This document shows, in pieces, positions 36,447-44,362 of a DNA stretch of 64,000 nt. Location: IMG/VR virus record IMGVR_UViG_3300025881_000002. The stretch is one strand, 5' to 3'. The notes under the pieces are model-generated. The model did no database searches. It saw only the letters and a program-made list of their open reading frames with translations, and was not told the DNA's origin. Source of the stretch: a virus. Every line of letters begins with the position of its first letter. Positions within the stretch are counted from its first letter, which is position 1. The translations under genes were made by a program, and so were the position numbers.

Positions 36447-36614
36447 AGTATTATGTATTAAGTTATTATGTATGGCTTGAAAGACTCATTCTCTCAATGA
36501 CCATAGGGGTTATCCCCAATTTTTAAAAAGAGTGGGGGTTGATTGTGGGTTGGTCATAAAACAGAAACTCTTAAATAATTTTAAAAAATATTTCAAAAAA
36601 TTTAACATAAAATA

Positions 36615-36646
36615 TTTGGTAGTTATAAATAATAGTTGTATCTTTG
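36615..36646 (+). promoter_or_regulatory. Bacteroidetes-type promoter
   Basis: TTTG (36615-36618), 20 nt, TATCTTTG (36639-36646), with the ATG 4 nt downstream. Confidence 0.6.
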
Positions 36647-36650
36647 TATT

Positions 36651-36851
36651 ATGAAAAAAAGTGATATAGAAAAGATTAAAGATTATCAAATATTATATAA
36701 TATTATATGGAGTAACTTAGATGATATGTTTAGATTATACTCAGAACAAACTAAGATAGATATTAATAAATATTTAGATACTTTGCCAGAAAATGAAAGA
36801 AAAAATGCTGAAGAAGAAATTTATGAATGGAAAATAAAAGGTAGAAAATAA
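36651..36851 (+). CDS. hypothetical early protein (probably leaderless mRNA)
   Basis: The track ORF starts at 36636, inside the -7 box. The first plausible start is the ATG at 36651 (MKKSDIEKI...). Confidence 0.55.
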   Translation: MKKSDIEKIKDYQILYNIIWSNLDDMFRLYSEQTKIDINKYLDTLPENERKNAEEEIYEWKIKGRK

Positions 36852-36880
36852 AACTTTAACAAAGATTTAACATTAAATAC

Positions 36881-36911
36881 TTGCATTTACTTATATAATG
36901 TTGTATCTTTG
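36881..36911 (+). promoter_or_regulatory. Bacteroidetes-type promoter driving an ORF-less transcript
   Basis: TTG (36881-36883), 20 nt, TATCTTTG (36904-36911). Confidence 0.6.
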
Positions 36912-36916
36912 TAAAA

Positions 36917-37237
36917 CAATCATTCAGTCACACTGAATATCATCCTAGAGGGCGAAAGTAGTTATAGGATCAGAAGTTGGGTTAGTATCTATATATAATA
37001 GAGAGGTTGTCCCCAATAGATTGGAAAATTACCTTAGTATAAAGTAGTAGTTGGGAATAAGACAAAATAAAGGTGAGTCCCCAAATAGGCTAAAGACGGT
37101 ACTAAAGAAATCTAAGGTTAAAATCGAAATTAGGTAACTAATTTTCAACTTCAAGGGGAAAGTTATATCTAATCCTCAACTAAATGATGAAAACAATTGA
37201 AGTAATAGCTTATACTTAAACGTATGGGCTTTTTTTA
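36917..37237 (+). ncRNA. candidate structured RNA or long regulatory leader (about 320 nt) bounded by promoter and terminator
   Basis: Hairpins ATTCAGT-CAC-ACTGAAT, ATCCTA...TAGGAT (with GCGAAAG inside) and AAATTAG-GTAA-CTAATTT. Two copies of AGTTGGG...G(T/A)GTCCCCAA(A)TAG. Long-range CTTCAA/TTGAAG. Ends in the 37207-37237 terminator. Confidence 0.5.
37207..37237 (+). terminator. rho-independent terminator
   Basis: AGCUUAUAC-uuaaac-GUAUGGGCU (two G.U pairs) followed by UUUUUUU. Confidence 0.65.
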
Positions 37238-37262
37238 TGCTTAATAATAAAATATAACAAAT

Positions 37263-37709
37263 ATGATAATAGAAGAAAACTTATTAAATAATAACAAATT
37301 TATATTCAGTGATCCTAAATTTTTTAATAGACCTTATGATTCTATAATGAAAGATAGAAAGAAATTAGAGATATATCTAAAACTAAAAGGTCCTTACTCA
37401 GAATATTATTTAGAAGCCTTTGATTACTTTATAATACATTCAGATGGTTATGATGGTGCTACTATAGTTAAAGATCTAATAGATTTAGTAGGTGTAGATT
37501 TAGCAGCTCTTAGACATGATTATGATTATATACATTTACTTAAACAATACAAAGGTTTTAAATGGTTAAAAAAGAAATTAAAATATGATTTTAATTATGG
37601 TAAGAATATGGAAAGATTAGGTAAAGGTGTTATAGAACCTTATATAAGAGTATTTTTATTATGGTTATCAACTCCTTTTTACTTAATTTATAAGTTATTT
37701 TCAAAATAA
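37263..37709 (+). CDS. hypothetical protein, possibly DUF1353-like, with C-terminal TM helix
   Basis: HSDGYDGATIV and AALRHDYDYI resemble the DUF1353 signature. C-terminal VFLLWLSTPFYLIY. Confidence 0.4.
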   Translation: MIIEENLLNNNKFIFSDPKFFNRPYDSIMKDRKKLEIYLKLKGPYSEYYLEAFDYFIIHSDGYDGATIVKDLIDLVGVDLAALRHDYDYIHLLKQYKGFKWLKKKLKYDFNYGKNMERLGKGVIEPYIRVFLLWLSTPFYLIYKLFSK

Positions 37710-37721
37710 ATGTTAAAAAAC

Positions 37722-37752
37722 TTGTATAATCCAAATATTGTTTGTACCTTTG
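37722..37752 (+). promoter_or_regulatory. Bacteroidetes-type promoter
   Basis: TTG, 20 nt, TACCTTTG. The upstream AAATAAATGTTAAAA block is shared with the promoter at 62433-62463. Confidence 0.6.
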
Positions 37753-37873
37753 TATCATAAATAATTAATAATATGATAAATAAAAAATTTTTAAAGAAAA
37801 ATAATCCTATTAAAGAAATAGTTAAGTATAGGATTAATGTATTAAAATATAAACAATTATTAAAAAGAATTTA

Positions 37874-38206
37874 ATGAAAGAAAAATTTAAAGATTTATTT
37901 AAAAGTACTAAAGGTATTTTTGTAGGAATTACTTTACTTTTATGGTTAGCTGGTCTTGGATTACTTATTGGAGGTAAATTAGACTTTATGACATTCATAG
38001 GAAGCTTATCTACAATATCAGTAGCAGTTACTGGATTATACCAATGGTATATTAAACAAGAAGTAGTTAAAGAGAATGAAAAACTTAGTATTGCAAATGA
38101 AGTATTGATTATTAAATCAAATAGATTATCTACAGCTAATAGTAAACTAAGAAAAGAAAATTCACAAGCTAAAGAAGCTATGAAATTAACTAAAACAAAG
38201 AAATAA
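37874..38206 (+). CDS. membrane protein with C-terminal coiled coil
   Basis: 110-aa ORF with two hydrophobic helices followed by a charged helix. Confidence 0.55.
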   Translation: MKEKFKDLFKSTKGIFVGITLLLWLAGLGLLIGGKLDFMTFIGSLSTISVAVTGLYQWYIKQEVVKENEKLSIANEVLIIKSNRLSTANSKLRKENSQAKEAMKLTKTKK

Positions 38207-38472
38207 TGAAAAAACTATTATTTGGATTACTTTTAATTAATTTTACATTATTTAGTCAAGTACAAGATAGTGTTTCAATTCATAATAAAGATTATAAAAA
38301 AGTAACTAAAGTAACTTTAGGAGAAGTATTAAAAACTGTAGATAGTTTATATAATGTAAATCCAAACTATTATAATGCATTTTATTTAATAAATAAGAAA
38401 GATACACTATATATAAAAAGAAAAGAAACTTACACTAAAATATTTAAAGTAATAAATGGAAAATCAATTTAG
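38206..38472 (+). CDS. secreted hypothetical protein
   Basis: 88-aa ORF with signal peptide MKKLLFGLLLINFTLFSQ. Confidence 0.5.
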   Translation: MKKLLFGLLLINFTLFSQVQDSVSIHNKDYKKVTKVTLGEVLKTVDSLYNVNPNYYNAFYLINKKDTLYIKRKETYTKIFKVINGKSI

Positions 38473-38623
38473 AATTATTGTTGCAGCTATAGATGCTGCT
38501 AATAGAAAAGGAACTTATTCACTAGCTGATTCACATACAATTGCAAATTGTATTATAGAACTTAAAGAACATCTAGGTATTAAAGATCCAGAACCACAAG
38601 AGGATGAACAACCAACAGAATAA
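38456..38623 (+). CDS. possible small protein
   Basis: 55-aa ORF (MENQFRIIVAAIDAANRKGTYSLADSH...) filling the gap between annotated ORFs. Below the track cutoff. Confidence 0.4.
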   Translation: MENQFRIIVAAIDAANRKGTYSLADSHTIANCIIELKEHLGIKDPEPQEDEQPTE

Positions 38624-38665
38624 TAATTATATATACTGGGATGACCAGTGGAACAAAGAATCACA

Positions 38666-38908
38666 ATGTACAAAGTAATAAAATATAAAGAAGGTTCAGG
38701 TATATTTATTAATATTGAAAAAGAAATTATAAATGAAGATGAAGCTTATGAGTACTTTGAAGAATTAATAAGAGAAGAACTTGAATATGAAATAGGTGAA
38801 GGATTACTTTCTGATCAAGAACTACAAAACATATATGCAAATATGGATTATAGATATGAAGATGAAAATAATGTAATACTTTTACAAATAGAAGAAATAA
38901 ATGAATAA
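38666..38908 (+). CDS. hypothetical acidic protein
   Basis: The track ORF begins at GTG 38648. The first ATG gives MYKVIKYKEG... Its stop overlaps the groEL-like start. Confidence 0.5.
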   Translation: MYKVIKYKEGSGIFINIEKEIINEDEAYEYFEELIREELEYEIGEGLLSDQELQNIYANMDYRYEDENNVILLQIEEINE

Positions 38909-40337
38909 AAAACTATATTTTGAAGATACAGCTAAAGTTAAACTTAAAGAAGGTTTTGATAAACTAGCTAAGGCTGTATCTTCGACTTTAGGACCTAATG
39001 GTAAGACTGTTATTATAGAAAATAATGATGGTAGTCACACTATTACTAAAGATGGAGTAACAGTAGCTAAAAGTATTAATTTACTAGATCCTGTAGAAAA
39101 CATAGCTGCTCAAATGCTTAAAGAAGCTAGTTTACTTACTAATAAAGAAGCAGGAGATGGAACTACTACAGCTACAGTATTAGCTAAAGCAATATTAGAT
39201 TTAGGATTTGAAGAATTGAAAAATAGATCAGGATTTGAAATACAAAGAGATTTACAATTAGATCTTGTAGAAATATTACATAAACTAGAAAAGAAATCTA
39301 TTAAATGTAAAAAATCAGATATAATTAAAGTAGCTAATGTTTCAACTAATGGAGATATAGAGTCTTCTAAATTAATATCTAACTTATATAAGAAAAGTAA
39401 AGGTTCTGAAATTATATTAGAACCATCTATAACAAATAAAACATATACATCGTTTATAGAAGGATATAGTTTTAATTCATCATATATAGATTCTTTCTTT
39501 ATAAATAGTGAAGCTAATCAAGTTAAATATGATAAACCATTATATTTTATATTTGATGGTAAATTAAATTCTTCAAAACAATTACTACCAGTATTAGATA
39601 ATGTAGCAAGAATTAAAAGACCTTTAATAATTATAGCAGAAGAAGTTAATCAAGATGTTTTACATACTTGTTTTAGAAACTTACAATCTGGAAATTTAAA
39701 AAATGTAATTATTAAAACACCAGGATTCTCAGAATCTAGAAAACAATATCTTAATGATATAGCAGTTTATACTAAAGGTGAAATTATCACTGAAAGTACT
39801 TTATCTACATTTAATTTAAATCAATTAGGTCAATCAGATAAAATAATTGTAACAGAAGATACTACAATTATACAAGATGGTAATTTTGATGAAAAAGAAT
39901 TAAATTCTTATATTTCTAATCTAGAACATCTTACTAAAAATAATTCAACATATAATAAACAAAAAATTAAAGAAAGAATATCTAAGTTTAAAACAGGAGT
40001 TGGAGTTATTTATATAGGAGCTGATTCAGAGTTAGAATTTAGAGAGAAGTATGATAGAATAGAAGATGCAAATAATGCAGTTAAAGCGGCCTTAGAAGAA
40101 GGAATTATACCTGGAGGAGGGTCTACTTTATATGATTTAAAAGATGATAAGGATAGTATTCTTTATAATGCAATAGCTAAACCTTTTGAATTAATAAATA
40201 AAGATAAATATATAAATTTAAAAGAACTAGAAAATATTATAGATCCTGTTAAAGTAACTAAATCAGCTTTAAAGAATGCAGTAAGTGTAGCATCAACAAT
40301 ATTAACAACAGAAACAGTAATAGTAAATGAACATTGA
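38901..40337 (+). CDS. groEL: GroEL/Cpn60-family chaperonin (compact, 478 aa)
   Basis: Collinear with E. coli GroEL: TLGPNGKTVII, ITKDGVTVAKSI, AGDGTTTATVLA, PLIIIAEEV, KTPGFSESRK, GVGVIYIGA, EEGIIPGGG, DPVKVTKSAL...TTETVIV. Confidence 0.9.
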   Translation: MNKKLYFEDTAKVKLKEGFDKLAKAVSSTLGPNGKTVIIENNDGSHTITKDGVTVAKSINLLDPVENIAAQMLKEASLLTNKEAGDGTTTATVLAKAILDLGFEELKNRSGFEIQRDLQLDLVEILHKLEKKSIKCKKSDIIKVANVSTNGDIESSKLISNLYKKSKGSEIILEPSITNKTYTSFIEGYSFNSSYIDSFFINSEANQVKYDKPLYFIFDGKLNSSKQLLPVLDNVARIKRPLIIIAEEVNQDVLHTCFRNLQSGNLKNVIIKTPGFSESRKQYLNDIAVYTKGEIITESTLSTFNLNQLGQSDKIIVTEDTTIIQDGNFDEKELNSYISNLEHLTKNNSTYNKQKIKERISKFKTGVGVIYIGADSELEFREKYDRIEDANNAVKAALEEGIIPGGGSTLYDLKDDKDSILYNAIAKPFELINKDKYINLKELENIIDPVKVTKSALKNAVSVASTILTTETVIVNEH

Positions 40338-40629
40338 TAAAATATTAAATAAAGAACTTAAACCATTAATAGATTATATTAATAAATTAAAAAATGATGA
40401 ATACTTTCATACACAAGTTAATTTAGAGTTTATAAGTACTTATAATAGTACAAAAAATTATGACTTAGGAATAGTATTAACTGTTGGAAGTTTAAAAATA
40501 GTTAAAGAATTTGTAACATTAATAGATGAAAGTGTAGTTACAGAAGAAGATGTAATAAATTTAAGTATAAGATTTAGAGAAAAATTTTATAGAAATATTT
40601 TTAGAAATATAAGACCAGAATTTTTATAA
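40327..40629 (+). CDS. hypothetical protein
   Basis: 100-aa ORF overlapping the groEL-like stop. Confidence 0.5.
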   Translation: MNIDKILNKELKPLIDYINKLKNDEYFHTQVNLEFISTYNSTKNYDLGIVLTVGSLKIVKEFVTLIDESVVTEEDVINLSIRFREKFYRNIFRNIRPEFL

Positions 40630-40928
40630 TGGGAATAGCAAGAAAACAACGTAGAGGTAAAGTAGATCATATGGGTAGACCAATACCTAAGAGATTATTT
40701 AATAACTCTAAAAGAACAAAAGGTGTTCAAGCAATGTCTGGAAGAAAACAAGATAGTTACTTTCAAATGAAAGCTAGATTAAAATATCTTGTACAACTAG
40801 CAGATGCTATCAATAAAGGTGGTGATAAACTAACTCAAGATAATTTTAAAGAAATAATTCGTAAATATAATAATGATATATTTGTAGATAAATATGAATT
40901 AGAATTAATGATAAATCATAATGGATAA
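40629..40928 (+). CDS. hypothetical basic protein
   Basis: 99-aa ORF with an Arg/Lys-rich N-terminus. Confidence 0.5.
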   Translation: MGIARKQRRGKVDHMGRPIPKRLFNNSKRTKGVQAMSGRKQDSYFQMKARLKYLVQLADAINKGGDKLTQDNFKEIIRKYNNDIFVDKYELELMINHNG

Positions 40929-41047
40929 ACCAGATAATTACAAAGATGGTTTAAGATTTATAGAATTATCTAAAATAGAAAAACCTAATATAGGTAGATA
41001 TAAAAAAATAGGTAATTATTTTATATTTATAGAGCAAGAAGAAGAAA

Positions 41048-41341
41048 ATGAAAATTAAAGAAATATTAAATATAAAAAACATATCTAGTTTTATTGAAGG
41101 TAATGCTAAATATCATTATGATCAATTAGTAGGATTACCAGATTATATTAAAGAACAACATATATATAGATTATCTCAATGTAAAGATGATTGTGTACCT
41201 CAAGGTAAATGTATAGAATGTGGTTGTCCTACAGAAAAGAAAGTATATGTTAATGAATCTTGCAATCCAGATAGATTTCCTGATATAATGAGTGAAGAAA
41301 AATGGATTGAATTTAAAAAACAAAACAACATAAATGACTAA
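41048..41341 (+). CDS. hypothetical Cys-rich protein
   Basis: 97-aa ORF: CKDDCVPQGKCIECGCP...ESCNP. Confidence 0.5.
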   Translation: MKIKEILNIKNISSFIEGNAKYHYDQLVGLPDYIKEQHIYRLSQCKDDCVPQGKCIECGCPTEKKVYVNESCNPDRFPDIMSEEKWIEFKKQNNIND

Positions 41342-41540
41342 CGTATTTAATTATAGATTTAAAGATTACTTAAAAGCAATAGAAAAACTAGATATACTAG
41401 ATACAAAACTTAATAATAAAAACTCAAATTATAAATTACAACTAGAAAAATCATCTTATGGTTACTGGAACTTAAAACTAAGTATAACAAATGAGCAGTC
41501 TAACAAAACAGAAATTAGAACATTTAACACAACTGTGTAA
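41334..41540 (+). CDS. hypothetical protein
   Basis: 68-aa ORF with overlapping neighbours. Confidence 0.45.
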   Translation: MTNVFNYRFKDYLKAIEKLDILDTKLNNKNSNYKLQLEKSSYGYWNLKLSITNEQSNKTEIRTFNTTV

Positions 41541-41805
41541 ATTCTACAGGCAAGTAAACAAGTATGCTCCATTTCCCATATATGATACTTATTCAGTATC
41601 ACAATTTGAAATAACAATTAATAAAATGAAAGAACAAGATTTAGAAGAAATAGAATGCTGTGCAAATTGTAAGAGTTTATTTCTTTATGAAGACGATGAA
41701 GACAGTTCTAAGATTTGGTGTGGTAAGTGTGACTCTTTAAATAAATTAGAAACATTACCTAATATTAATTATTGGATTAGACAGTATGGAGATATATGGA
41801 TTTAA
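41491..41805 (+). CDS. hypothetical zinc-ribbon protein
   Basis: 104-aa ORF: CCANCKS...WCGKCDS. Confidence 0.5.
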   Translation: MSSLTKQKLEHLTQLCKFYRQVNKYAPFPIYDTYSVSQFEITINKMKEQDLEEIECCANCKSLFLYEDDEDSSKIWCGKCDSLNKLETLPNINYWIRQYGDIWI

Positions 41806-42059
41806 CTATTATAAAAATAGTAGATGCATTATTAGATCCTGATACAGATGAAGTAACTAGATTATATGTACCTACAATACTTAAAAAATCAGATATTGAA
41901 TATGTAGCACCTAATATAACAAAAGAAGGTAAGCTTTATAAAACAATGTCAGTACTTAAAACTTACAGTGGAGATTCACATGTAGTAATAGGAAATTATA
42001 AAAAATTAAGTAAAGAAGTGGAAAACAAATACATAATAAAAAATATAGGATATAGATGA
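41796..42059 (+). CDS. hypothetical protein
   Basis: 87-aa ORF. Confidence 0.5.
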   Translation: MDLTIIKIVDALLDPDTDEVTRLYVPTILKKSDIEYVAPNITKEGKLYKTMSVLKTYSGDSHVVIGNYKKLSKEVENKYIIKNIGYR

Positions 42060-42712
42060 GCAAAAACCCAATAAATTTTGGTATTAAACTTAATGAAGAA
42101 CAGAAGTTAGCTAAAGCATTAATACTTTCTAAACCAATTAACTTTCTTTTAGGAAAAGAAGGAACTGGTAAAACTATGCTAGGAGTAAATATAGCATTAG
42201 ATTTATTTTTTAGAAAAGATACTAATTATAAACAAATTATTATTACAAGACCAGCTGTAGCTACAGAAGATTTTGGACATCTTCCTGGAAATCTTAAAGA
42301 GAAACTTGATCCATATATGCAACCTATATATGAAAATATAAGAAACGTATATGCTAATAGTCAAGTAAAAAAGACTAAGATTGAGAAACATTTAGAAAAT
42401 GATGATATCAGAATATTACCAATTGCTTTTACTAGAGGTGTAAGTTATGATCATGCTATCGTTATAGTAGATGAGTTTCAAAACTGTACAGCACATCAAT
42501 TAGAAATGATTATAGGTAGACTTGGTAAAACATCTAAACTTATATTTACAGGATCTAATGTTCAAATAGATCTTAAAAAGAAAGAAGATAGTTCAATATA
42601 TACTATTACAAAGCTTATAGGTAATCCTTATGTAAGTATTACTACATTATCTACTAATCATAGACACGCTGCTGTAGAAAGTGTATTAAACGCAATTAGA
42701 AATGAAGAATAA
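42056..42712 (+). CDS. phoH: PhoH-like ATPase
   Basis: GKEGTGKTMLGV (Walker A), ITRPAVATEDFGHLPGNLKEKLDPYMQPIYE, AFTRGVSYDHAIVIVDEFQN, FTGSNVQIDL. Confidence 0.85.
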   Translation: MSKNPINFGIKLNEEQKLAKALILSKPINFLLGKEGTGKTMLGVNIALDLFFRKDTNYKQIIITRPAVATEDFGHLPGNLKEKLDPYMQPIYENIRNVYANSQVKKTKIEKHLENDDIRILPIAFTRGVSYDHAIVIVDEFQNCTAHQLEMIIGRLGKTSKLIFTGSNVQIDLKKKEDSSIYTITKLIGNPYVSITTLSTNHRHAAVESVLNAIRNEE

Positions 42713-43082
42713 AAAAGAAGTAGTTATAAACACAAACTTTAAAGATTTGATGTACTACTGGTTAAAATTTATAAAACCTTTTCATAATTTACCAGAGCAA
42801 CCTATGAGAATATTAGCTCTAGTGTTATATTATTACTTTGAATATAAAGAAAAAATAACTGATGATGAAATTATATGGAAAATGATATTTGAATATGACA
42901 CTAAAGTTAAAATTCTAAATGAACTTAATATTAAAAATCATACATTAGAAAATAAATTTACAGATTTAAGAAAAAGAGGTGTAATAAAAAATAACACAGT
43001 AGATAAAAAATTTATACCTGATTTAAATATAAATAGTAAAGAATTTCAAATAAACTTTAGATTTAACATTAAAGATGACTAA
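42702..43082 (+). CDS. hypothetical protein (possible winged-helix DNA binding)
   Basis: 126-aa ORF. LNIKNHTLENKFTDLRKRGVI resembles a wHTH recognition helix and wing. Weak evidence. Confidence 0.45.
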   Translation: MKNKKEVVINTNFKDLMYYWLKFIKPFHNLPEQPMRILALVLYYYFEYKEKITDDEIIWKMIFEYDTKVKILNELNIKNHTLENKFTDLRKRGVIKNNTVDKKFIPDLNINSKEFQINFRFNIKDD

Positions 43083-43308
43083 AAAACAAAAAGACATATT
43101 ACATAAAATAGCTTTAAAATATAATAAAAGAGATTTAATTGCAAGACAAATTGTAGAATGTCCTTTTATGTTTATGAGAATGATAATTAAAGATTTAGAT
43201 TTTGAAAAAGATGAGAAAGTAAATTTCTATCATAAAAAATTAGGTAGATTTTATTTTAATAAAGGAATATATAAAAATATTAAGAAAACAAATAAAAAAA
43301 TTAAATAA
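43075..43308 (+). CDS. hypothetical basic protein
   Basis: 77-aa ORF. Confidence 0.45.
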   Translation: MTKKQKDILHKIALKYNKRDLIARQIVECPFMFMRMIIKDLDFEKDEKVNFYHKKLGRFYFNKGIYKNIKKTNKKIK

Positions 43309-43697
43309 TGAAAGAAAATTATGTAAGTGCTGATATGTTAGAAGAAGTAATTAGTAAATGTAACTTTGTACCATCTTCTAGAAAAGTATTAATAACTATT
43401 AATGAAGTACAAACAGAAAATGATATTGAACTAGTATCTAATAGTGAAATGACTATAGATGATTGGCAATTTGTAATTGCTAATGGTAAAAACTCAGAAT
43501 ATCAAGCAGGTCAAAAAGTATATTTAGATTTAACTAAATTAGTTAAAAGAGTTCCTAACCCTGTAAATACTCATGCTTTTATTGAAAAAATAGATATTCA
43601 TCCTTTTCAATTAAACGATTTTACTTTTGCTTTACTAGATGATTCAGTTATTGCAGGAGCTATAGATGAAACTGAACAACCAGATATTAAAGCATAA
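43308..43697 (+). CDS. hypothetical protein (weak GroES/gp31-like pattern)
   Basis: 129-aa ORF. RKVLITINE, FVIANGKNS..YQAGQKVYL and DDSVIAGAID loosely echo the GroES pattern of PL.DRVLV, V.AVG.G..V.VGD.V and DILA. Confidence 0.45.
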   Translation: MKENYVSADMLEEVISKCNFVPSSRKVLITINEVQTENDIELVSNSEMTIDDWQFVIANGKNSEYQAGQKVYLDLTKLVKRVPNPVNTHAFIEKIDIHPFQLNDFTFALLDDSVIAGAIDETEQPDIKA

Positions 43698-44278
43698 TGA
43701 CAAGTATAACAAGAACATTTAATACAGATGAAAGTTTCTGGAGTACTAACCCAGCTTTTTTAAGCATAAGTAAATTTAAACATTTTCATGATCTTGATAA
43801 GTCAAAAGGTAAAAAGAAAAGCTCACAGATAATGTGGGCTATTGCCTTTTTATTAGATCCTCATCAAGATAACCCTTGGAAAAACCTAAATGAATTTGAT
43901 AAGAAATTACTTATAACTGAAGATTATTTAAGTGATAAAAAGTTTAAGTGGGAAGACTACCAAGATATTAGTAACGAATATTATGAAAGAGTACTTACAT
44001 TAGCTGAGAAAGATTTCTATGAACTTCAAGAAAAGATGCATGAAAGAAAAGAGTTTATTAAAAATACACCTTATTCATTAGATGCTATAGAAGAAATAGA
44101 TGGTAGAATGAGAACAGTTAAAGGTACAGCTGCTCAGTTAGATAAAATGGTAGTAGATACTGCTAAACTTTATGAGCAGTTAGAATTAGTAAGGGAGAAG
44201 TTAGAAAAAGAAAAAGCAACAGATGGAGAAACAAAAGGAGGAATGCAAGAATCAGCAACAGAGCAAGGGATACTCTAA
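43697..44278 (+). CDS. possible small terminase subunit
   Basis: 193-aa ORF directly upstream of the large terminase, with a C-terminal coiled-coil segment. The call rests on position only. Confidence 0.35.
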   Translation: MTSITRTFNTDESFWSTNPAFLSISKFKHFHDLDKSKGKKKSSQIMWAIAFLLDPHQDNPWKNLNEFDKKLLITEDYLSDKKFKWEDYQDISNEYYERVLTLAEKDFYELQEKMHERKEFIKNTPYSLDAIEEIDGRMRTVKGTAAQLDKMVVDTAKLYEQLELVREKLEKEKATDGETKGGMQESATEQGIL

Positions 44279-44362
44279 ACCTTTAATTTATAGATGTAAA
44301 TGTGGTTTTAGTTACAGAAGTTGTAAAAGAAGAATATCTTGTAAAAATAAAGATAATAAAAA

